Assembly: GCA_964016885.1 (NCBI GenBank)
Contig: OZ024765.1
Span: 11,222,001 to 11,286,000 of the forward strand
Source: Eledone cirrhosa
Taxonomy: Eukaryota
Length of the DNA: 64,000 nt
Direction: 5' to 3'
Shown: piece after piece, positions 54,008 to 64,000 of the stretch
Numbering within the stretch: the stretch's first letter is position 1
Layout: the number at the start of each line of letters is the position of its first letter
The notes under the pieces: model-generated
Told to the model about the DNA's origin: nothing
What the model saw: only the letters and a program-made list of their open reading frames with translations
Databases searched by the model: none
Program-made: the position numbers and the translations under genes

Positions 54008-55015
54008 CAGGGTGTGTCCAAAAATGTAAACACATATTTATTAGAATGCTGTTGAAGTGTGATAACATTGTCTTGCTCATACGGGAACTGATTCTGGGTT
54101 GATTTCTACAGCTGGATGCCCTTCCTAACACCAACCTCATTTACAGTGAGTACTGGGTGCTTTTTTCTGTGGCGCCTACACAACCACTTTGCAGAGTGTG
54201 GGTGTGTGTGTGTGTGTAGGGGGGGGGGGGCATATTGTCGATATGTCTTTACATACATATATGAGTATATATATATATAGAAATGGCTTCTACAGGACTA
54301 GAACTGTTTCATTCGGGAGACATCATATATATATATACACACACACACAATTATTGAATATCTATCAAAACATCAAAAGATGTTGCTATCAGTTTTGAAG
54401 AGGCAACAATGAAAGCTCAACAACAACAAGAACGACAATAACAACACTGTATTCAGTTGAAATCTTCAGACATGCGGTGACATATTCCTTTTCACTGAAA
54501 TGGACAGCTTTGTTTGTATATAAATAAATCTTACCTACGAGGTTAAAAGGTCACTGATTGCAAATAGAAGCTTGTAATCTTACCTGCAAGAAGAAAGAAA
54601 ATGGAGAAAACAAAATTAGTAAAGATTGGAAGACATTTTCAAAATGGAAGACATTTTAAAATGAAAGAATTTAGTAAAAATAAACACAGAAAAATCGATC
54701 TGGAAATTTATTGAATAATGTCAGAAAATAAAACAATATATAGGTTGACATTTTGAGGTTGTTGTGGTTGTTGTTCAGCCCTGGATCAACCCTGAATCAA
54801 GTAGATCATTAATGAAAGGCATTCAATCCATTACCATCCAATCTTATAGTACATAATGTATCCCTTGGTATATATAATCTCTGAATAGAATAAAAATCAA
54901 CTACAAAACAAAAATGGCTGAAATGCCTTTGATCATAAGAACTCTGTTGGATCACAGATGACCTGGGGCTAAATTACAACAACAATACATACAAACACAC
55001 ACTCATATATTTGCA

Positions 55016-55081
<66 letters not shown>

Positions 55082-55087
<6 letters not shown>

Positions 55088-55362
55088 AAAATGGTGTAGA
55101 CATTACAATACAATGAGAGGAAACATAATAGCACCACTGATGATGTCACAGATGTGTGATGAAAGAACTTTGATAGATTATATACATATATTTATATCTG
55201 TATTTTTAACCGTTGGTCAATCAAACATTGATTGCCAGATAAATTAACTATGGAGATATAAAAGATACAGAAGTGAAAACCAATCCAAACCAAACAGTGA
55301 GTGTGTTTTATTATTATTTCTAGCAATATTATAACAATATGACCCTACCCAAATATAACAAT
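55082..55362 (+). mobile_element. Family D element with hammerhead (core 55137-55143)
   Basis: CTGATGA-T/GTCACA GATG TGTGAT/GAAA/GAACTT; ends ATGACCCT.CCCAAA.ATAACAATAT like 14512-14538. Confidence 0.7.
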
Positions 55363-55518
55363 ATATATATATGTATATATAAAAATGATTTTGGAAGCAT
55401 ATATATGCTTCCAGTTCATTAGAGGACTAACACCACACCCAGGAGCTGGGCATATCAAAGAATTAACACAGTAAAATCTGTTACATCAGGTTTTCCTGAT
55501 TTTTCTGTTTAAATTCTT

Positions 55519-55577
55519 ACTGCCTGATGAGGTCATAGCTGTTGAATAATAGCTATCACTGAAATATATATACCAGA
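55519..55577 (+). ncRNA. Minimal hammerhead (family A variant)
   Basis: ACTGC/CTGATGA/GGT-C-ATAGCTGTT GAAT AATAGCTAT-C-ACT/GAAA/TATATATA. Confidence 0.7.
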
Positions 55578-55624
55578 GAATGTGAATAAATGAAGCTAAT
55601 TTTACCCTGTTGACTTACACTTCT

Positions 55625-55674
<50 letters not shown>

Positions 55675-56044
55675 TAAAAACAGAAAAATTTATATATATA
55701 TATTGATATAGAAAAATTTGTTTTCAAATATAAAAACTAGAAAGATGTAGGGGAAAAGTTATATTGCCTCAAAATATGATATTAATTACAATAAACTGTA
55801 CATAAGGCTACATACAATTTAACAAAAAATATATGCAAGTTTATCCACATGTAGAGGAAATTCTACATTAAAATAATTTCAAACACTGTTTATTATATCA
55901 TAATTTAATTTACACCTGTTTCATCCTTATAGGTGTTGTCAGAATTAAATGAGATACAGATTCATATCGTCCAATAACATAGCATACTGGAAGATGTTTT
56001 GTAATATATATATATATATATAAATATATATGTATATGTATATA

Positions 56045-56367
56045 TCATCATCATCCTCATTTTACGTCTGCTTTTCCCTGCTTGCACGGGTGGGATGGGA
56101 ACTGATTCTGGCTTGATTTCTACAGCTGGATGCTCTTACTAACACCAACCTCATTTACAGTGTGGGCTGGGTGCTTTTTTGCCATGGCACCTGCACAACC
56201 ACTTTGCAGTGGAATGATAGGGACACCAGTCCCTATCATTTCATTTCTACAGCTGAGTAAACTGGAGCAATGTGAAATAAAGTGTCTTGCTCAAGGAAAC
56301 AACACATCGCCCGGTCTGAGAATTGAACTCACAACCTTTCGATTGCAAGCCCAATGCTCTAACCACT
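56045..56367 (-). mobile_element. tRNA-headed SINE family 1
   Basis: Homology to 3341-3674. Confidence 0.85.
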
Positions 56368-56392
56368 GTATATATATATGTATATATATATG

Positions 56393-56459
<67 letters not shown>

Positions 56460-56477
56460 ATATATATATATATATAT

Positions 56478-57068
56478 ATATTGTTATGCTTTGAGAGGGT
56501 CATGTTGCCAATAAGTTGCTAAACAAATTCAGAAATGAAATATACAACAAACAAACAACACTGACCTAAGAGAAGTATAAATAAATAAATACATTCACAA
56601 GCACAATAACAACAAACACATATAAACACACACTAGTAAAGATAGAATACATTAACCAATACACAGTCACCCAATCACGAACACACATCAAACAAAACAC
56701 TATCCACACATGCAAACGCATGCGCAAAGAAGATAAAATAAAATAAACAAATAAATAAATATATAAATAGACTAAATAAAAATGGCGTAGAAAATACAAT
56801 GCAACGGGAGGAAACAATAGCACCACTGACGATGTTGCAGATGTGCAACGAAAGAACTTTGATAAACTATATATATGTGTTTGTGTCTATATTGTATCTG
56901 TATTTTTGACCGTTGGCCAGTCAATGGTAACATTGAGGACCGAATAAATTAGATTACCGATATAAAAGACACAAAAGCGAAAATCGAAAACCAACCAAAC
57001 AGTGAGTGTGTTCTGTTATTAATTCTGGCAATATTACACAAATATGACCCTCCCCAAGTATAACAATA
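56478..57068 (+). mobile_element. Family D element with hammerhead (core 56826-56832) and a short inverted terminus
   Basis: CTGACGA-T/GTTGCA GATG TGCAAC/GAAA; the left end ATATTGTTATGCTTTG..GGGTCAT is the reverse complement of the family's right end. Confidence 0.7.
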
Positions 57069-57069
57069 T

Positions 57070-57099
<30 letters not shown>

Positions 57100-57102
<3 letters not shown>

Positions 57103-57647
57103 AAATATTAAACAAATAATGAACAAACAATTCCTTATATTAAACAAAAAAAGTTCACTATTTAACGATCGTTTCTAGGGTATATATGTGTTATAATTGG
57201 TATGCATATTTAACAGATCTATGTACAAAATTATACAAAATTATACAAATTATCAAGATTAAATATACATACCTAACTCATATATACGCCGTCTTCAGAA
57301 ATAATCTTTATTTCTGAAGACGGCGTATATATGAGTTAGGTATGTATATTTAATCTTGATAATTTGTATAATTTTGTATAATTTTGTACATAGATCTGTT
57401 AAATATGCATACCAATTATAACACATATATACCCTAGAAACGATCGTTAAATAGTGAACTTTTTTTGTTTAATATAAGGAATTGTTTGTTCATTATTTGT
57501 TTAATATTTTATCTTGACTCTGTATACCGTTTATCTTTCACCGAAATTGGATTTTCATTACATCTCTTCTTTCCATGATATCCGGAATACATTGAGTTCT
57601 TCATACGGATTGGACACTACCGTAAACTCTTGGTAGATTTATCTACA
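57100..57647. mobile_element. Family H fold-back element: palindrome with 205-bp arms plus tail
   Basis: 57100-57304 and 57308-57512 are reverse complements around a TCT loop. Confidence 0.9.
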
Positions 57648-57661
57648 TATATATATATATA

Positions 57662-57752
<91 letters not shown>

Positions 57753-58311
57753 AAATGCCATATAATGAACAGATCATTTTAACTACATCTGCACACATAC
57801 ACACATACATACACATACATATACACACACATATATACATATATACACACACATACATACACACACACACATATATATACACACACACATATATACTTAG
57901 AGCAGAACATGACTGTTTGATATTTGATGCTATTTGTGCTAATATCAGGGAAGAGAGGGGAAGAGAGAGTGAGAGGGACAGAGGGGAGAGAGAGAGGGGG
58001 AGAGAGATAGAAAGTGATATATATATTATATATATATATATATATGGAGAAAGAGGGAGAGAGAGACAAAGAAGAGATAGATGGGGAGAGAGAGAGATAT
58101 ATATAAAGATAGAGAGGGAGAGAAGAGAAAGTTATATATCTATCTATCTATCTATATATATATATATATATATATATGAGGAGAGAAAGGGAAAGAGAGA
58201 TAAAGGGATATATATATATATAGAGAGAGAGAGGGAGAGATAGAGTGATAGATAGATAGATAGAGAGAGAGATAAAGAGAGATATAAAAATAGAGAGAGA
58301 GAGAAGAGAAG

Positions 58312-58349
<38 letters not shown>

Positions 58350-58376
58350 GAGAGAAAGGGAGAGAGAGATAAAGGG

Positions 58377-58463
<87 letters not shown>

Positions 58464-58498
58464 TAGTGATAGTGAGAGAGATAAGAGGAGAGATAGAT

Positions 58499-58543
<45 letters not shown>

Positions 58544-58736
58544 AGAAACCAGCTGAGGTCCATTAATAAGAGAGTGATCAGATCTGTGTCTTGCAGGACA
58601 AAATCTACGACAAATTACAGCAGCTGCAATTCCATCTTGTCAAATTTGCAGACAATAAATGGTGATCTCCATTTTGGTTTTCTCTCGAATGTGTTCTTAT
58701 AATGTCAGATGTGGAAGGTAAGGAGACAGGTGATAA

Positions 58737-59300
58737 TGGTAGTGTGGGTGGTGGTGGTGGTGGTGTGGGTGGTGGTGGTGGTGATGGTGGTGGTGTGGTG
58801 GTGGTGGTGGGTAGTGTTGGTGGTGGTGGTGGTGGTAGTATTGGTGGGTGGTGTTGGTGGGTGGTGGTGGTGGGGGTGATGGTGTGGTGGTAGTGTTGGT
58901 GGTGGTGGTGGTGGGTGATGGTGGCGGTGTTGGTGGGTGGTAGTGGTGGTGGGTGGTGGTGGTAGTGGTGGTAGTGGGTGTGGTGGTGGTGGGTTATGGT
59001 GGTGATGGTGGTGCTGATGGTGGCGGTTGTGGTGATGCTGGTGGTGGTGGTGGGTGGTGTGGTGGTAATGGTGGTTGTGGTGATGGTGGTGGGTGCTGGT
59101 GATGGTGGTGGGTGCTGGTGATGATAGTTTGTCACGGTGGGTTCTGGCATGTGTCGGCAAAAGTGAATCTATAAAAGGTCACGGAAGTGGTGGTGATGGT
59201 GGTGGTGGTGGTTGTGGTGTTGGTGGTGTTGGTGGTGGTGGTGGTGGTGGTGGTGGTGTTGGTGGTGGTGTTGGTGGTGGTGGTGGTGGTGTTGGTGGTG
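58737..59300. repeat. (GGT)n-rich tracts
   Basis: Direct observation. Confidence 0.9.
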
Positions 59301-59420
59301 GAAAACAAAAGAAATTACACTGGGTAATGTTATCAGCTGCTTACTGTTATCTAAAAGGTGAAGCCTTACAATGATCACATTAAAAAGCTTCTGCCGGATA
59401 TATCTGCATGAATATGTGTA

Positions 59421-59525
<105 letters not shown>

Positions 59526-59774
59526 TTATATAAATATAAATGTGTATATATATGCTCAAGGACAAAACATATCGCCTGGTCCAGGAATCGAACTCACAAC
59601 CTCATGATTGCGAATCCGTTATGTCCTTGAGCAAGAGACTTTATTTCCCGTTGATCCTTCTACCTGGAGTTGCAACCGATAGATAGTATTAGCAATTGGA
59701 AAGACCGAGGAAACATCGCTTCCTCGGTCCGATTTGACGAAAGTCAATCGACTGGCAGTATATATATATATATA

Positions 59775-60040
59775 TGTGTGTCTGTATATGCAAAAAGTAA
59801 ACAGAAATAGCAAAGCAAACGATACAGTACAATGAAAAAATATATTAGTTTTACGCTTGATATAGTAGGAAAAGAGTTATAAAGTTTCAGACGCTAGTCC
59901 TTCATCAGAAAGTTGAAAGAGAAATTTAAGAAGAAAGAGAAAGATAGAGAAGAGTGAGCATTGATAGAATTGAAGAACAATTTCTTCAAGAAAAAGCAGG
60001 TTTGTTTATATCGGCATCTCTTGGGAAACTGTTGATAGTA
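59775..60040 (-). mobile_element. Family E element with a degenerate hammerhead (core 59908-59902)
   Basis: CTGATGA-A/GGA CTAGCG TCT/GAAAC; homologous to 14993-15260. Confidence 0.6.
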
Positions 60041-60044
60041 TTTA

Positions 60045-60229
60045 TAATTGTTTCTACTTTTGGCACAAGGCCAGCAATTACCCAGTACATTACTGGTACT
60101 TTATTTTATCGACCCCGTAAGCATGAAAGGCAAAGTCAACCTCGGCGGGATTTGAACTCAGACCGTAAAGGGACGTAAGTACGCTGGAAAGCATGGTGTC
60201 CGACTCTCTACCGATACTGCCAATCCACT
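60045..60229 (-). mobile_element. SINE family 2
   Basis: Near full-length reverse copy. Confidence 0.85.
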
Positions 60230-60379
60230 AGGGAGTTTAGTAGGCTGGCTTATATAAATACTAGTATTTTTTCCCATATGCTGACGTGTATGTGCATATG
60301 TATACATTTATAGGTATGAGTATATAAATATAAACATGCGAAGACACACTTACTAAAATACATACTCACACACATATAT

Positions 60380-60980
60380 ACATACATTCACATAAACACA
60401 TACACATACATTTACGCAAACACATACACATACATTCACACAAACACACACATACATTTACACAAACACATACATACATTTACACAAACACATACATACA
60501 TTTACACAAACACATACATACATTTACACAAACACATACATACATTTACACAAACACATACATACATTTACACAAACACATACATACATTTACACAAACA
60601 CATACATACATTTACACAAACACATACATACATTTACACAAACACATACATACATTTACACAAACACATACATACATTTACACAAACACATACATACATT
60701 TACACAAACACATACATACATTTACACAAACACACACATACATTCACACAAACACTCACATACATTTACACAAACACACACATACATTTACACAAACACA
60801 CACATACATTTACACAAACACACACATACATTTACACAAACACACACATACATTTACACAAACACATACATACATTTACACAAACACATACATACATTTA
60901 CACAAACACTCACACACATTTACACAAACACACACATAAATTTACACAAACACACAGACATACATTCACACAAACACACA
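60380..60980. repeat. 22-bp minisatellite CATACATTTACACAAACACATA
   Basis: More than 20 units. Confidence 0.95.
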
Positions 60981-60988
60981 TTTTAGAT

Positions 60989-61295
60989 CAGTCATGGGCC
61001 ACCTGCGCCCCGTGGGCAACATGCAGCCCGTGAAGCTGTCTCAATGGCTCGCCTAAGTCACCTAAGTGAAATCTTTCCAATTTTTTTACCCCAACTTTTC
61101 AGTCGTAATTTATCTTTCTATCATTTTTATGATCGAGGAAAACAACGTGTACGAATTCTGAAGAAACAAATCAAAACAATTTGAGTTACTGCCCTTGTTT
61201 TTTAATGCAGGCACGAATGTAAATTAGTGCTCGCGGCTCGCCTGATCAATCATATCTCATGCAGCCTGCCTCTCAAAAAAGGTTACCCATGCCCG
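60989..61295. mobile_element. hAT-type non-autonomous DNA transposon
   Basis: Termini CAGTCATGGGCCACC...GGTTACCCATGCCCG; 8-bp flanks TTTTAGAT / TTTCAGAT. Confidence 0.7.
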
Positions 61296-62099
61296 TTTCA
61301 GATGCTTGTGAAATTGTGCTTGTCCAATAAATAGACATAGTTGTATCTTTATTGGATATATTCTATGTAAAATGGAAGTAATCTTTTACACGATAATAAT
61401 TTCATGGTCCACAGAAAAATTCTGGGTGCAAAGTAGGCGCCATGAGCTGTAAAAAGGTTAGGAACCACTGGTGTTGATCAACAAACAATATTGTAAACAA
61501 TTCCACAGAAAATATTTAAAAGTAAGTTTATTAATTTAAATGTTTATAGTATCTTTATTAGGAGAGAGATATTTGTGAGGATATTTCAATGTGCTATTTT
61601 GTACTTTTCAAGAATATCTTGCTAATGTGGTTTCATGTGGAACAGAATGTTAAGAGTTAAAAGGGAAAAGGTTTTACACCAAGATTTTGATATCTTACTT
61701 AAATAGATGGAAATTTCTTAATAGATATTGGCAGAAGTCTTCGTAATTTGGGGGAACCATAATTTTAAAAGAATCAAACAGACAGAGACAGAGAAAGGCA
61801 AAGAGCCAGAGAAAATATTCCATAATTTGAAGAATAATTTCAAAGACAGACAGAAACTTCCTAATAGCTAATAGCAGAGAACATTCCAGATTTTGTGGGC
61901 AACCAATAATTTGATGTTTTGAAGCAGTTTGAAACTTTTAGAAAATTGTAAATAGCAGTTGTTGTTAAGTGGTCTATAGTTTCCAACGGCAAATTACCGA
62001 GTACTTTCCTAAGCACTTTGTGGAAGCGCCCTGCTGTTTAGAGATGGAACTAATTTTCTTAAGGGAGGACAACTGAAAGATGGCTGTCGAACATAGAAG

Positions 62100-62139
<40 letters not shown>

Positions 62140-62287
62140 CATATATATACATAAACAAAATAAAAAAACAATATAAAAACGCCAGCTGATTCTCATGGTA
62201 TTTGCCCACAAATGGAAGATATCTGAAGTATTATTTTCCCAATGCTCTACAAATTCAAACAAAAAATCATCAATCTTGATACTAATA

Positions 62288-63040
62288 ATGGTTTCCGATT
62301 TTGGCACAAGGCCAGCAATTTCCCTAGTGAATTACTGGTATTTTATTTTATCAACCCCGTAAAGGATGAAAGGCAAAGTTAACCTCGGCGGGATTTGAAC
62401 TCAATATAATAGTAATAATAATAATTGTTTCTACTTTTGGCACAAGGCCAACAATTACCCCAGCGGATTACTGGTACTTTATTTTATCGACCCCCGTAAG
62501 GATGAAAGGCAAAGTTAACCTCGGCGGGATTTGAACTCAGACCGTAAAGGGCCATAACTCTATGCTGCAATGCATGGTGTCTGACCCTCTACCGATACTG
62601 CCAATCCACTGCCCGGGGGTGGGGGGGTCAATAAAATCAATGGATTGGCAGTTTCAGTAGAGCATTGCAACATATAGTTAAGTTTCAGCCCTTTATGTTC
62701 TGAGTTCAAATCCCACTGATTTGATCCTTATAGCATCGTTAAGATAAAGCACAAGTAATGCCCTGGGAGTCAAATTAATCAACTTCCCCTTCTCTTCAAA
62801 TAGCTGGTCTTGAGCCAAATATAGAAACAATTATTATCATTAGTGGATTGTGGTGGTTTTGCAGTATTGGTAGAGCATCAGACACTATGCTTTGAAGCAT
62901 AGAGTTTCGGCCCTTTACGTTCTGAGTCCAAATCCCGTCGAGGTTAACTTTGCCTTTCATCCTTACGGGGGTTGATAAAATAAAATGCTAGTAACACATT
63001 GGGGTCGATTTAATCGACTTTCCCCTTCTCCAAAATTGTC
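62288..63040. mobile_element. Cluster of four SINE family 2 copies (two minus, two plus)
   Basis: Copies at about 62288-62404, 62422-62614, 62640-62830 and 62843-63040. Confidence 0.75.
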
Positions 63041-63300
63041 GGTATGGTATGGTATGGTATGGTATGGTATGGTAGGGTGGGGTCCTGTAACTCCTGATAG
63101 AGTCGTAGAAGGGCCATATTGACATACAGGGTTTCTTGGACATTTTAAGCCTGGTGGGGTGGAGCCCATCTCTCGCTCCAGGCCTGAGTACAGCAGATTT
63201 CTTGCAGAAAGGGACAGAAAGTTAGAGAGAGGAAATGAGAAAGAGATATAGAGGAAGAATCGACCCCAGTATTTGACTGGTATTATATATCATCATCATC

Positions 63301-63490
63301 GGGCGGTGGATTGGTAGTATCGGTAGAGGGTCGGACGCCATGCTTTCTAGCATAGTTACGTCCCTTTACGATCTGAGTTCAAATCCCGCCGAGGTTGACT
63401 TTGCCTTTCATCCTTACGGGGTCGATAAAATAAAGTACCAGTGAGGCACTGGGTAGTTGCTGGCCTTGTGCCTAAAGTAGAAACAATTAT
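63301..63490 (+). mobile_element. SINE family 2, full length
   Basis: GGGCGGTGGATTGG start, B box GAGTTCAAATCC, core, AAACAATTAT end. Confidence 0.85.
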
Positions 63491-63493
63491 ATA

Positions 63494-63950
63494 TCATCAT
63501 CATCATCATCACCGTTTTACGTCCGTTCTTCCACGCTAGCATGGGTTAGACGGGTTGTCCTGTTGTGGGCAGTGTCTGGTCGGCTGACCATGCCTTGCTC
63601 ATACAGGAACTGATCTGGCTTGATTTCTACAGCTGGATGCCCTTCCTAACACCAACCTCATTTACAGTGAGTGCTGGGTGCTTTTTCGTGGCGCCTACAC
63701 GTCCACTTTACAGTGTGGGCTGGGTGCTTTTTTGCCGTGGCACCTCCACGACCACCTTGCGGTGGGGGGGGGGGGGCATATTGTTTATATGCTTCAGCAT
63801 GTACCCATGGGAGGTTGGGTACCCTGTATTACTGCGTGACGCCAGAAGTCACGGTCGTGTGTCATTGACTTTGAGAGGTGTAGTTGGGTAAGGTCGGCTT
63901 TTATCACCTCATCCCAAGTCATCTTGGGTCTCCCCACTCCGCGGTTTCCA
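63494..63950 (-). mobile_element. 5'-truncated RTE LINE family 2 (ORF end plus 3' UTR)
   Basis: Minus strand GNRGVGRPKMTWDEVIKADLTQLHLSKSMTHDRDFWRHAV, followed by the UTR and (GAT)n. Confidence 0.85.
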
Positions 63951-64000
63951 TATATATATGGAGAGATAGAGTGAGAGAGAGAGAGGAAATGAGAAAGAGA

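Noticed and set aside
61995-62105. Possible minus-strand exon
   Set aside because: Acceptor is embedded in (TA)n, the donor is weak and the peptide is unrecognisable.

Overview
AT-rich, repeat-saturated eukaryotic DNA. The (TA)n tracts and SINE/RTE families resemble an octopod cephalopod genome, which is an inference. I cannot support any intact host protein-coding gene, and nearly all ORF-track entries are translated microsatellites. Recognisable content: degenerate RTE, CR1, Tx1-like and Penelope-like (PLE) retroelement fragments; two tRNA-headed SINE families, one sharing its 3' tail with an RTE LINE in the window; piggyBac-, Tc1/mariner- and hAT-type MITEs; and many minisatellites. The most striking unannotated structure is about 23 minimal type I hammerhead ribozyme (HHR) motifs (stem I - CTGANGA - stem II - GAAA - short self-complementary stem III - stem I'). 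They lie in at least five sequence-distinct families of short non-coding elements. These elements sit in (TA)n tracts, are often inverted (fold-back) pairs, show compensatory changes in stem II, often carry a C-C mismatch at a fixed stem II position, and have a GAGTG-like motif about 50-65 nt from the element end. Two minus-strand AG|GT sites look like recursive splice sites, so the window may be part of a very long intron. Coordinates were read by eye and boundaries are approximate.
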